DNA from: Diplonema japonicum
Lineage: Eukaryota; Protista; Euglenozoa: Diplonemea
DNA: 64,000 bases
Assembly (NCBI GenBank): GCA_964019335.1
Contig: OZ025664.1
Location: forward strand, 682,001-746,000
Direction: 5' to 3'
A program made the position numbers and the translations under genes. The notes below the pieces were generated by a model, which had not been told where the DNA came from, did no database searches, and was given only the letters and a program-made list of their open reading frames with translations. Of this stretch, positions 35,939 to 46,497 are shown one piece after another; the stretch's first letter is position 1; every line of letters starts with the position of its first letter.

Positions 35939-37519
35939 ATGGGAGGGCCGAATGAGCCCTTCAAGGCTTTTTTGGGCATCAAAATCTTTGGCTACAGATG
36001 GGTTAACAAGGTCACCACGAAGGAGAGGCTTATGCGGCAGCTGCGGGTACTCGTAGTGAGCAAAACTCAGCTCGCAATGGTAAGCACTGACGGCACAGTA
36101 CGGAGGAGGATAAGGCTGGCAGAGTTACAGACTATCAACATCAAAAGAGAAGGCGCCTGCTTCATGCCTATTTCAAAGAGCAATGATGCCCCCATGAACG
36201 TGATCTGGTCGGAGAAAAAGACAAGCGACCCTCCTATGATGGAGGAATTCCTGCGGAATGTCATCACCCTGTCACGCATCAATGGAGGTGTCCCCACTGT
36301 CGTCCACGTCAGGGAAGGTGACACCATGCTGCGCAACGTGCCAATTAACGCCCAGTCTTGCGTGGCTCCAGGCCCCGAACCCTCTCCTGTCCCTATCCCT
36401 GGCACTGTTTCATCCTTTGCATCAGCTCCTCTCCCATCGGCGACCCATGGTCATCCTGCCGGTCCTAGTTCCCAGATGGCACCCTTCCGCTCCCCCGTCC
36501 ATCCTGCCCATGCCCCTGAGACAGCCCCACCATCTGGTACTAATCCAGCTGCCCCTGCAGCTCCAGCACCTGTCGCTACCACTGCCGCTGATTTTGCGCC
36601 AGTGCGTACCTCGAACACCCCAAGCACGGTAGCTCCACCAGTTCCTCCTCCTCCTCCTCCTCCTCCTCCTCCTCCTCCTGTGCATACGCAAGAAGCTAAG
36701 AAGGCTCAGGAAGTAACGGCACCCGACCCGCAGATGTTGGAAGTCTGCATCCCCCGAAACAACAGCGAGAGCCTCGGTGTCGAGTTCAACAACAACCTTG
36801 AGGTGGTGCGAGTCATCCCGGGATCGCCTGCGGAAAGGGCGGGGCTACAGGGACACTTGCACCGCCGGATACAGATGGTTGCAGGCAAGCGGGTGGACTC
36901 TATTGAAGATTTGAAAGGAATGCCGCTGGGGACAGTGACACTGGGATTGGGCCCTACCAGGGAGGAACAAACGGAAGAAGAGAAAAGTAATATCGCTGAG
37001 CAAAAGCGACTGGAATCAGAACATAAAAAGAAACAAGCACAGCTGCACCGAGAACAGGGTGTAGGGGAGAAACATAGCCCATCTAATAAAGAAGAAGACA
37101 AAAAGGGATCTATCAAGGCGGAGAGCCTTCCGGACGAGGGGCATGCGGTGGAGAGAAGGAGCCACCAGAGCGACAAGCAGGGGTGCGAGCAAGTAACGAA
37201 AAGGAGTACACGGTCATCCGGTGAAGGCTTTGATGATATGTTGCTGTCTGCAAGGCACCTCAGCTCGCGGGTCCTGCCAGTCACAAGCCCCCACTCGAGC
37301 CCCGGTCTGGTCGCTGACACTGCCATCACAGAGCTGCGGCAAGAGATTGCCCACCTCAAGAGGCGTTGCAACGCCCTTCAAACCCAGCTGCCTACCGACC
37401 AGGTGTACTCGCCTCTTCACAAAGGCCACGTGTTCATCCCTACTAGCTGGGGGCAGAGCGTGGGCTTGGGGCGCTCCTTGGCTTTTCATTACAGCGATGA
37501 TGAGTGGTGTGAGTTGTGA
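35939..37519 (+). CDS. PH/TH1-like N-terminal domain, poly-Pro linker and PDZ domain
   Basis: VNKV....RQLRVLVVS PH-like start, (CCT)n poly-Pro, and ESLGVEF...VVRVIPGSPAERAGL PDZ motif. Confidence 0.75.
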   Translation: MGGPNEPFKAFLGIKIFGYRWVNKVTTKERLMRQLRVLVVSKTQLAMVSTDGTVRRRIRLAELQTINIKREGACFMPISKSNDAPMNVIWSEKKTSDPPMMEEFLRNVITLSRINGGVPTVVHVREGDTMLRNVPINAQSCVAPGPEPSPVPIPGTVSSFASAPLPSATHGHPAGPSSQMAPFRSPVHPAHAPETAPPSGTNPAAPAAPAPVATTAADFAPVRTSNTPSTVAPPVPPPPPPPPPPPPVHTQEAKKAQEVTAPDPQMLEVCIPRNNSESLGVEFNNNLEVVRVIPGSPAERAGLQGHLHRRIQMVAGKRVDSIEDLKGMPLGTVTLGLGPTREEQTEEEKSNIAEQKRLESEHKKKQAQLHREQGVGEKHSPSNKEEDKKGSIKAESLPDEGHAVERRSHQSDKQGCEQVTKRSTRSSGEGFDDMLLSARHLSSRVLPVTSPHSSPGLVADTAITELRQEIAHLKRRCNALQTQLPTDQVYSPLHKGHVFIPTSWGQSVGLGRSLAFHYSDDEWCEL

Positions 37520-37738
37520 TTTACAAAAAGAGGAAGCCATTAAGAGATTTTTTTTTGTTTGTATGTTAACTTTTACTTACGCTGTTGTTTTGATACACCA
37601 CAAGAGGCCGCCCTCAAGTGGGATTGTCTTTTTTTTTTACTTTGAGCTTGATGTTGCAAGAAAAAGAAAAGGAGGAAAAAGAAAAAAACGACAAAACAAA
37701 AGGTTTCCCCCACATCACATTAACAAGAAGCGAGAAGA

Positions 37739-38341
37739 ATGACTGTGACCCCTGCGATCAGATGCAAGGACAGCATCAACGTCTACAGCAGCACGAAGGA
37801 CTTGCCGGTTCTCGTGGAGAAGATCACGAGTTTGTTGGAGTGCCTGTGCAAGATGCACGACAGCGAAGGGTATGAAAGCGTGTTTGACTGTGCGAAAGTG
37901 CCTGTGATAGGGATCAAGGACTACATCATGCGGTTGTGCTTAAAGGGAGGGTGCACCACGTCTGCACTGATAACGATGGTGGTATACATTGACAGACTTT
38001 TCAGGGTGGGAAAGGTGCGTGTTACAAGGTACAACGTGCACAGGGTTGTGCTGGTTACCTTCGTGGCTGCCATTAAGAGCTACAGTGATGCATTCTACAG
38101 TAATAAGTACTACTGTGTGGTAGGAGGCGTGCAGCTTCGCGAACTCAACAAAATGGAGGCTGCCTTCCTCACCCTTGTCAACTGGAACCTCCTTGTGGAC
38201 ACAGAGTTTCCAATCTACCAGCTTCATTTCAAGACTCGCCTTGAACGTGTTCCCCCCAAGCCCCAACCGCGGGCCCTTCCTGCACCCCCTGTCGCGCAAG
38301 GCCACCTTAGATGCCCGCCCGTCCTGCCCCCCATCCATTGA
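37739..38341 (+). CDS. PHO80/CYC-U-like cyclin
   Basis: VF...KVP.IGIKDYI.R, VYIDRL, NVHRV, AIK.YSD.FYSN.YY..VGGV...ELNKME..FL...NW.L signature. Confidence 0.9.
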   Translation: MTVTPAIRCKDSINVYSSTKDLPVLVEKITSLLECLCKMHDSEGYESVFDCAKVPVIGIKDYIMRLCLKGGCTTSALITMVVYIDRLFRVGKVRVTRYNVHRVVLVTFVAAIKSYSDAFYSNKYYCVVGGVQLRELNKMEAAFLTLVNWNLLVDTEFPIYQLHFKTRLERVPPKPQPRALPAPPVAQGHLRCPPVLPPIH

Positions 38342-38519
38342 TTGGTAAGGGGTCCGGCCTTTTTTCTCTTTCCTTTCTCTTTTTTTTTTACCGAACAACA
38401 GAAAATTGCGAACTTATAAGAAAGAATTTTTTTTTTTTTTTTTGGTGCAAGTAGAAGATGAGAACAAGGGCGTCTCACTACGACTCCCTTAACTCATAAA
38501 AAAAAATATATATATATAT

Positions 38520-38640
38520 GGGTCGATTTCAAACCCCCCCCCCCAAAATGAGGCCAATTGACACTTTCGTTGCATCTTTGGGCATGCCGCCCCCTTTAAA
38601 AAAAATTCTCCATATTTCCCGGCCCATATTAGGAAAGAAC
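38520..38640. repeat. Left terminal inverted repeat
   Basis: 38537-38568 is the exact reverse complement of 40871-40902 (32 bp). A second shared block reads aaaattct....tttcccggccca..ttaggaaa. Confidence 0.9.
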
Positions 38641-38811
38641 CCGGGTCAGAAATCGCTCAAGGGTGCTATTTTGACCTATGAAAAATTCAGTTTTAGGGTA
38701 AAAATCGGGTTTTAGCGGTTTTGGTAAAGTCAGAGATTCTGCTTCCAATAGCAAGAAATAGCGGAACTCACTGCTAGAAGGTGGCTGAAATGATGTTGAA
38801 GGTGGAAACCT

Positions 38812-40634
38812 TCATTTCTTAGTCTTCTGCAGTTTAGATGTGCTGCTGCTGCTGGGTGGGCGACCTCGTTTCTGTTTCATATTAGGCCTTCTACCGCGTT
38901 TTGGGGGGGTTTTAAGAAGCTCATTCGCAGGTGTGCTTGGTGCTTCGGGCTTGTCATGCTCTTCTACGGGGGAAGTGTCGAGTTTCTTTTGTAACTTGAT
39001 AACAATTCTTTCCCGTTTTTCAAGTCCGGGAAGGCTATCAGGAACGTCTTCATCCTCATCACAAGATTCATAGGCTGGGGGCCTTTTCTCTGCCCTGTCT
39101 GCATCAAGTTCTTTGATGACGTACTTTAGTTCCTTCCAGCTCGTGGATGCACATGTTGTAGCAAATACACCCTCCGGAGTACTCTTGAACCCATATGCGC
39201 CTGTAAAGTCCGGGAACTCAAGAATCTTCTTTTTGTACGGGCCAAATACATCAGTAACTACAAATGCAGAGGTGTACCGTATCGTATTGGTGATGTTCGC
39301 TATTTGTTCGACAGTTTTAATTGTTGTGGAACGAGACACCCGAAGCCAAACACGAGAAAGCACTCCGAAGTGGCTGTCCCTGCCGTTTTTGCCGTGTTTC
39401 TCCCCCAGAAACCACAGGGAAAACGTCTTATCAGCATAGACGTCACGAAGACCAAAAAGAACAAAATAGCAAAATTCCTTTGCACGAAAGTGACGCCCAC
39501 TGTCAGTCCAGAGAATCCACTCCATTTTTTCGGGGATCGCAAACCCACTAGCCAGGACAGTTTTCAGGCACTCGATAACGCATTTCACGTCAGTATTCAG
39601 ACTTGAAAGCACACAATCAACATGCAGCGCCCCACGAACACCATGCCCGTCAATCCAGTACACCCCGATTCCCAAAACACTAAACGATTGCGAATGGTAA
39701 AAATCGTAGCTTGTTGATACAGGACCCATTGGTAGGGACCCCTTGGACTTGAAGTCGATGTCAAGAACTAATGCATCCGGTGGGGGAGAAGTCCTGTGCT
39801 CATTGTACAACCTTCTTTGGGCCATACACCTTTCAACATGTTGCTCCCAAGGCTTCAAGTTTGCAACAAGTTCACGTACCTTTTTCTTTGGGTACTTCCA
39901 TCGAATCGCATCAATGCAATTTAGGGTCTCTTGCATGTCCGAAACACTGAACTGCAGGTCCCATTTGACCCCACGTGATGTCATCGTTTGCAATAGCGAA
40001 AGACGCATCCGTTGTGCTTTTGTACAGTACTCGCACATATCCGTGGGTTTGGCACAGTGCATAAATTCCTTCCCTCTCCTCCTTCGGAATGTTGAATAGG
40101 AAATCTTATTCATAAGGGCGGATGACCGGAAAACATCTTGATATGACACCTCGAGCGACCTTACGGTAGTCATCCTGTGGCGTTTGCGTGTGAGACGCCG
40201 GAGGACCCGCGATGTTGGCTGGCTGACTGATCAGAATTGATCTCTGTGTCATCCTCCAAGGACGTCGCACTGGGCCGGCCTGGCTTGCACACTGTACCCA
40301 TGCTACTGTAGAACAAGTCTTTTCCAACAGTAAGGCCAGCTGCCCTTATTTCGTCGTGTGTGATGTGGTCAAGCCGCATGCCTCTGACCAATTGGCGCCG
40401 TGTGGCGTCTTGTTGTCTATTAAACCAACCAGAAAATGATGGCAGAAGTGCCGCTAAAAGTTCCCCTTTACACACTACGTCACAAACTAGTGCAGCACAG
40501 TCGTTGCCACTGAGCTTCTCAAGAACCTCTTTGGCGAGTGTCCTGATCGCCGATGTGTTCCCATTTACCCTTTCTCGGTCCGAATACCTTTTTTTTACCC
40601 CTAGTTTCTCAACTTCAAGTTTAAAAGCGTCCAT
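38812..40634 (-). CDS. Transposase, 589 aa if the 53-nt intron 40175-40227 is spliced
   Basis: DMCEYC, LDIDFK, WTDSGRHFR and GEKHGKNGRDSHFG motifs (three Asp candidates), plus AT-hook-like KRGRRP/KRGRPP. The GTCAGC..CACAG intron fuses the 154-aa and 453-aa ORFs in frame (407+1363=1770 nt). Confidence 0.8.
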
Positions 40635-40739
40635 TTTTGGAACCCCCCTCTTTTTCTGAAGTTGTTTAAAGTGGGAAAACCTTTTTTTGGAACCCCTCTC
40701 TTTTACTGAATTTATGCAAAGTGAAAAAACCCATTTTTG
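40631..40739. repeat. 50-bp imperfect tandem duplication directly upstream of the transposase ATG
   Basis: tttttggaacccc.ctc.ttt.ctgaa...aaagtg..aaaac at 50-nt spacing. Confidence 0.8.
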
Positions 40740-40798
40740 CCCCTAGGACTGAATTTTTTGGCTACTAGTAACACTCACTTTCCAATTTTATGGGGTGT

Positions 40799-40919
40799 TT
40801 TTTTTCCTAACCTGGGCCGGGAAAGTTGTAGAATTTTTTTTTTTTGGGAAAAAGTACTTAGAGAAATATTGAAAGTGTCAATTGGCCTCATTTTGGGGGG
40901 GGTTTTTTGAAACGATGCC
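40799..40919. repeat. Right terminal inverted repeat
   Basis: Reverse complement aligns with 38520-38640. Confidence 0.9.
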
Positions 40920-41131
40920 ATATATATATTTTTTTTTTTTTTTTTTGCATCAAGGAGAACAGAAAGAAAGAAAACGAAAAGAAAAAATGGGGAGAAAGAA
41001 AAAAAGAAAAAAGAAAAAAAAATTGAAACACAGACAAAGAGATGAAGAGAATAAGCAAACTTCATTTTTACACATACATGTCAACATCCAAACCCCTCTT
41101 TTTTTTATATTTAGCTCTGGAAGCAGTTGCA

Positions 41132-41197
41132 TCAGCATAGCTCCGGACTTGCCTGGGAGGGGGCTTCAGCATAGCTCCGGACTTGCCTTGGTGGGGC
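41132..41197. repeat. 34-bp tandem duplication
   Basis: tcagcatagctccggacttgcct at 41132 and 41166. Confidence 0.88.
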
Positions 41198-43346
41198 TAT
41201 AATAGACAATAGATACGGAAAACTTATTCTCGGGAGGGGCGTGGTTGTTTTTATTTTATTATAACTTTCTCCCTGGGAAGCCTGAAAACGAAAAACGGGC
41301 AAAGAAAAGGGGAAGAAAGAAAAAGGGAAAAAGAAAAAGCGCTTACACCCCCTGCTCTCTCCCACCCGCTAGCCTACTTCGTGAAAGCCGAGAATTACAC
41401 AGGTTTTTTTCTCTTCTTGAATGAAATCCACTCCTTGTTTCTTTACACTCCTTGTTTGCTTTGCACCGGCTCATTAGAGCGTTGCGCATCTGAAAAGAAT
41501 ATTTTAAGAAAAAACTTCAGGCCTCAGGCCTATCCTGCGATACTGCCATATTCCTTTTTTCCCCCTCTGCTTTCCAATTTACACTACAAAGGGGATTTCA
41601 CTCTGTTATGAAAAACTTGCCCCCTTTTTTTTTTTTTTTTTTTTTAGATTTGAAAAAAGAGAAAAGAAAAAGAAAAAGGAACGGATGCTTCCACAGCATT
41701 GAAATGCAAAGGGGGAAAAAAAAGAGGGGAGAAGAGGGAGAAAGAAAACTACTACTGGATCAATATTAGTTGATCCCCCTATCCACCTATCCAGTATAGT
41801 GGTGCACCTTGAAGTGACTGCGGTATATACCCCCCTTAGTGATTCCCCCCTCCCCACCCCCCTCAATTTATTTTTGCCCCCTTTTATTTATTTATTTCCC
41901 TTTCTGTTGCATTCACTCCAACTTTTGCTCCTTTCTGCTTTCACTAATATCGATGCGATAGAGTTGGCACCTAAATGGTGAAGGCAAGAAATGGAGGATT
42001 TTTTTTGGGGGGGTGTGGGGGAGAAGGGAAAACCAAAAAAAAGAAAGGAGAAAAAAAAAGCTTGAGTCCCTCCCTCTTTTGACGTGTCGAAAAAAAAAGA
42101 AAATATTTTTTTTTTCTTTCGCTACTTCCTATTAGTGAGAGTTCTACCCCCCCCCCCCCCCCCCCCTCCCATCGCCATTTCCAAGCTGGATGAACTATAG
42201 TGGTCTCCAGCACCTTATTTCTTTTTTTTCCTTTTTTTTTTTGTACTTTTTTACTTTTTTGTTTTTTCCTTCCTTCTTTGTTCAGTTTGTGGTTAGGTTG
42301 TTCCCCTTCCCCCTTCAAATTTACACGAAAGGGCCCAAAACTGCAAAGTGATGCCTGTCCTTCAGAGAGAAACAAGAAAGAATACCTCACTTATGTCACT
42401 ACCGTCTGTCTTCCTCATCTTTCAACCCTCACGTCACATCTCTAAAAGTGTCTGAAGCAAAGGTTATAGGTTGGGGCAGTTAGCCGCAACACATGTTCTT
42501 AAGTGACCCCATGAGTTGGGGAAGGGTACTTTTCACGTTTTCACGAGATATGAAGGGTTTTTTTTTTTTTTTTTCTTTTTTTTTTCTATACCTATCTTTA
42601 TGACTTCGGCCATTCGTTTTCTTTTTTTTTTCTTTTTTTTTTTCTGATTACTTTGCCTCCCTTCCCCACAGGTCTCACTTGGCCCATAAAAGTGGATTTT
42701 TCAACGAGAATAACAAGTTAAAAAGCTTTCTCATTTTTTTTTTGGACAGAACGAGGTGGCCGCGCTAGTGGGTGAGCGCAAGAACGCTGGCCCTTTTAAA
42801 AAATGTCCGATAGCTTTTTGTTTTTTTTGTTTTTTTTTTTGTTCATTGTCGCCCGCTCTGGTCAAATCAGGAATGAGTCTTGTACCCCTTTTCTCTTTTT
42901 TGTTTAATGTCTTTTTTAGCACGTGTCTTCTTCTTTGTTCTTTATTAAATGTTGAGCATCATCATGAGGGTGCGCCACTGCGGTGGGTCGTTGCTGCTTC
43001 TCCCCTATCATAGTTTTTTTTGTTTTTGAAATGCCCGCAGGAGCGAAGGCACTGTCCCAAAGAAGGTTGCTGCAAGAAATGACCTGAAAAGATCAGCGTA
43101 GCAACCGCGCCCCTAGCTCTTTGTGTTATGGATTGGTAACAGACGGAGCTGCTTTCCAGCAGCAACCAGCACAATACTCTACATGTCAAAAAATGGCACA
43201 AATACACCCAGCATCTAGCCTTGGATTAGATTATCACTACTTCCCGCAAGGGGATAACATTCCTCCCTTCCTTCCTCTCAGGTTCACATACTCTTATTGC
43301 CTTCCTTTCTATTCTTGCTGTTCTACCTTCCCACAGCACTACAGAG

Positions 43347-45800
43347 ATGAAGCGACGTCGCAGCGAAGACAGCAGCGAAGAAAGTGGAGGAATCGTGAAG
43401 CAGCCCCGTGTGGACGGACCCATATGGGTATCAGAGCCAACGCCCGGTACCAACCAAAACGGCACGAAGCTAGCGATGCTGCTGGTGGAAGCCTTTGGGG
43501 CAGGGGGTGCTGAAGCTATAAAGTTCTGTGCGCAGTGTGCCGACCCCATTGACAGGTGCACACGGTTCCACATGTATACCATCACAAAGACTTCGCTGCT
43601 GCGGTACGAGCCGGGCATCGAACACGCTATCCAGCAGCTGGTGCAATTCACGAACAACCAACTGAGCGAATTCATCAAGAAGGCCCTCCTGAAAGAATTG
43701 GTGCAGCCATGTGGTATCTCAGTGGTGATGGGCAACCGGTGCTACGCCGAGAGCGGGTCTCTCCAGGAATTGCGTATCTTGTGCGAGGCACCAGACCTTC
43801 AAACTAAGATCCTCTCTGCTATTGAGTGGTGGCCAAAGGACACACGCACTTCTGCAACACCCTACTGGATGGACCTAGAGCGGTGGGAGGTGTCCAAGCA
43901 GCAGAAGGTACAGGTAGCACAGCACACTACGACGCCTGAAAAAAAAAAGAACAGCGAGGAGCTAGAAGAGAAGGAAGCGATGGAGGAGAAGGGATTGCAG
44001 GAGAATATTCTCGCCCTTAGTGACGACGGGTCCGCCTTCTCATGGGAGGGGGACAGCGACATAGTTTCCGAGACTATGGGAGTGGCTGCAGATGCTCTAG
44101 TGACGATCTCAGAGGTTGAGGCCTTGGCGTTGGCCTGCTGTGTGGTGGCGATACGAGCAGGGGGGGGCATCTTCAGGTTCTACCTGAAGAACGACGCGGT
44201 GAACGACGTGCGGAACGCGGCAAGAGCGAGAGACCTGCGCTGCTGGATGGAGTGGGACTTGTCAGAACTTGATGACCCCGAAGAGGCATATCAAGGTCCC
44301 AGTCCCAGGTTCACACCCCGAACCCCTAGATGGACACTAACGGCAGTGAGGCTGCACCAAGAAGCGGCCTTGAATTCAGCTTTCCCGACGTTTACCTCCG
44401 GCCCCAAACTGAAGAGTGGTGTTGTAGCCCTTCCTTGTGGTGCAGGGAAGACCATGGTCGGCGTGCTGGTGGCAGCTGCTATTAGGGCACCGAGTCTTGT
44501 TCTGTGCACTAGTGGTATCGCTGTAGAGCAATGGGTGGCTCAGTTTGGAAGGTGGGCGTCTCTCCACTCGGTGGATGGGAGGGTCGCAAGGTTTACTGGA
44601 AAGGTGAAAGACAAAGTTGACGAAAAGACTCAAATCGTTGTGACTACGTACAACATGCTCCTCCCTAGGAAGAGGGCAGGCACGGCGTCATCGATGGCTG
44701 TGAAAAGCCTTACTACTAAACACTGGGGTGCTGTTGTTCTGGATGAAGTGCACGTCCTCCCCGCTGAGTCGTGTTCTAACTGTGTGAGGTCATTGCGTGC
44801 CAGGGCGTTCATCGGCTTAACTGCGACGCTCGTTCGAGAGGACAATAAGATCGATACTTTAGACCACTTGATTGGCCCAAGACTGCACGAAGCCGAGTGG
44901 GGTGACTTGGTGAAGATGGGGGTGCTAGCAAAGGTGAAGTGTATCGAGGTCAGATGCATGCTAACAAGTGAGTTTGCAGCAGAGTACGTGCGGGCTAAGA
45001 AAGCAGGGCTCAGGGAGTTTTTAGGGTGTCTGAATCCCAGGAAGTTGCAAGCAACACAGCGCATCATTGAGCACCACGAAGCACGTGGGGACAAAACGCT
45101 TGTGTTCAGTGACAGCCTGTTTGTCTTACGACAATTGCAGCAGTTGCTCCGCAGGCCGGCAGTGAGTGGGTCGACACCGTTGAAGGAAAGGCTACAACTG
45201 CTATCCGACTTTCAGTCGGGTAGGAGAATCAACACCATCATCATCAGCCGCATAGGGGACTGTGCCATCGACCTGCCTGCTGCGTCGGTTATCATCCAGG
45301 TTTCTTCGCACTTCGGCAGCAGACGTCAGGAGGCGCAGCGTCTTGGGCGCATCCTGAGGCCCAAGGGGTCGCTCATATACCCTGTCTCATTCGTGAAGCA
45401 AGACGCATACGCGGAGGTCCCCAACGCGTTGTTTTACTCGATTGTCAGCCAGGACACCTCTGAAGTGCTGTATTCGCACAGAAGGCAAGCATTCCTCGAA
45501 GAACAAGGGTATGCCTATCAGCAGGTGTTTTACACGGATGACGACCCGAAGCTGTTGGAAAACAAGATTGACCGTGTTGACTTGTTAGCGAAAGCACTCA
45601 GCTCATGGCAGCTCACGAAAGGAAGGGATGAGGTTCAAGAGAAGCGCAGCGTTTTAACTGAGCTGCAGGAAGAGTGTGATATCGAAAGGTCACCTTCACC
45701 GGAAAGAGTTCTCGAACGTAAGGCGGTGCCACTTTCTTCCCTCTCGATGTTGGGTGGTGCTAACTCACTCGTCTACGGTGAGTGGGAGTTCGGCAAGTAA
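43347..45800 (+). CDS. XPB: XPB/ERCC3-family DNA helicase (divergent; possibly the XPB-R paralog)
   Basis: GVVALPCGAGKT, DEVH, GLTATLVRED, KTLVFSD and SSHFGSRRQEAQRLGRILR motifs; FYSIVSQDT.E..YS.RRQ.FL..QGY. Confidence 0.92.
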   Translation: MKRRRSEDSSEESGGIVKQPRVDGPIWVSEPTPGTNQNGTKLAMLLVEAFGAGGAEAIKFCAQCADPIDRCTRFHMYTITKTSLLRYEPGIEHAIQQLVQFTNNQLSEFIKKALLKELVQPCGISVVMGNRCYAESGSLQELRILCEAPDLQTKILSAIEWWPKDTRTSATPYWMDLERWEVSKQQKVQVAQHTTTPEKKKNSEELEEKEAMEEKGLQENILALSDDGSAFSWEGDSDIVSETMGVAADALVTISEVEALALACCVVAIRAGGGIFRFYLKNDAVNDVRNAARARDLRCWMEWDLSELDDPEEAYQGPSPRFTPRTPRWTLTAVRLHQEAALNSAFPTFTSGPKLKSGVVALPCGAGKTMVGVLVAAAIRAPSLVLCTSGIAVEQWVAQFGRWASLHSVDGRVARFTGKVKDKVDEKTQIVVTTYNMLLPRKRAGTASSMAVKSLTTKHWGAVVLDEVHVLPAESCSNCVRSLRARAFIGLTATLVREDNKIDTLDHLIGPRLHEAEWGDLVKMGVLAKVKCIEVRCMLTSEFAAEYVRAKKAGLREFLGCLNPRKLQATQRIIEHHEARGDKTLVFSDSLFVLRQLQQLLRRPAVSGSTPLKERLQLLSDFQSGRRINTIIISRIGDCAIDLPAASVIIQVSSHFGSRRQEAQRLGRILRPKGSLIYPVSFVKQDAYAEVPNALFYSIVSQDTSEVLYSHRRQAFLEEQGYAYQQVFYTDDDPKLLENKIDRVDLLAKALSSWQLTKGRDEVQEKRSVLTELQEECDIERSPSPERVLERKAVPLSSLSMLGGANSLVYGEWEFGK

Positions 45801-45883
45801 GCATTTTCTCCTATCTGAACCATGTGCTATGTTGCCTATTGTATTTGTTTTTCGCCTTCTATTTGAATCACCACACAGAGAAT

Positions 45884-46411
45884 ATGTCTTTGCAACAGTC
45901 CGTAGCACTCTTTCAGGAGCTGCAGGGGAGGAGGGCGGCGGCATACACCAAGCTGCACGAGGCACTGAAGCCACAGTATACTGCTACTAGTGGTGCTGAT
46001 CTGCAGCATGTTCAAAAGAACGTCCAAGAGGTCGGAAACGAGGTGCAGAACGTGTTTGTTGTTGCATCGAAGGCAGTGAAGGAGCTGGCGGCGAGGTTGG
46101 AGGAAGGTACGCATGAGGAGGTGATACTCAGCAAGCACATCCTAAAGGTGCAGGCCTTGGAAAAGAAGAAGTTGGAGAAAACGCATGCCATGTACAAGGC
46201 AAGGTCCATGCTTCGTGGGATGAGGGACTACTCTGAGCGAGACAAGGACGAGTGGGAAGCAGAGGAAGAGTACTTCGGCTGTGACTACAATGGCAAGGCA
46301 TCCCTCGAGGGGCAGCAGGAGGCCATACGGACAGCTACACTGAGCGAGCTGGAAGTCATTGTGGAGGAGATCAACGACTTGATTGACATGATCACCGACA
46401 TGGCGGAATAG
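45884..46411 (+). CDS. REX1-B (required for excision 1-B) domain protein
   Basis: F..LQ.RR...Y..L, F...S..V, I..VQ..EKKKL..T and L..IVEEIN pattern, matched from memory to the REX1-B family. Confidence 0.65.
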   Translation: MSLQQSVALFQELQGRRAAAYTKLHEALKPQYTATSGADLQHVQKNVQEVGNEVQNVFVVASKAVKELAARLEEGTHEEVILSKHILKVQALEKKKLEKTHAMYKARSMLRGMRDYSERDKDEWEAEEEYFGCDYNGKASLEGQQEAIRTATLSELEVIVEEINDLIDMITDMAE

Positions 46412-46497
46412 AGGGTTAAAAGGGGGCAATCTAGCTGCATTTCTTATCCAACTCACCACATGCGGCACCATAAAGCACAACAACACAGGTTGGATGA

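Larger units (their letters stand above)
38520..40919 (-). mobile_element. 2.4-kb class II DNA transposon (Sola-like DDD transposase) with ~120-bp imperfect TIRs, flanked by (TA)n
   Basis: Inverted repeats at both ends, ATAT on both flanks, and an internal transposase that is the only minus-strand gene in the window. Confidence 0.85.

Noticed and set aside
40170-40173. ATGA overlap suggesting a bacterial-style two-gene, translationally coupled element
   Set aside because: A canonical GT..CACAG intron of host-like size fuses the two ORFs in frame, which is simpler in a eukaryote. Not formally excluded without RNA data.
38812-40634. Fanzor/TnpB-type RNA-guided nuclease cargo in the transposon
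   Set aside because: No RuvC motifs or C-terminal zinc finger seen, and no room for a second gene.
41750-41830. tRNA-like A-box (agtatagtggt)
   Set aside because: No T-loop GTTC or cloverleaf could be built.
43908-43954. Intron-like GT...A-run...ACAG segment inside XPB
   Set aside because: Removing 47 or 41 nt shifts the frame into a nearby stop, while the unspliced frame is open.
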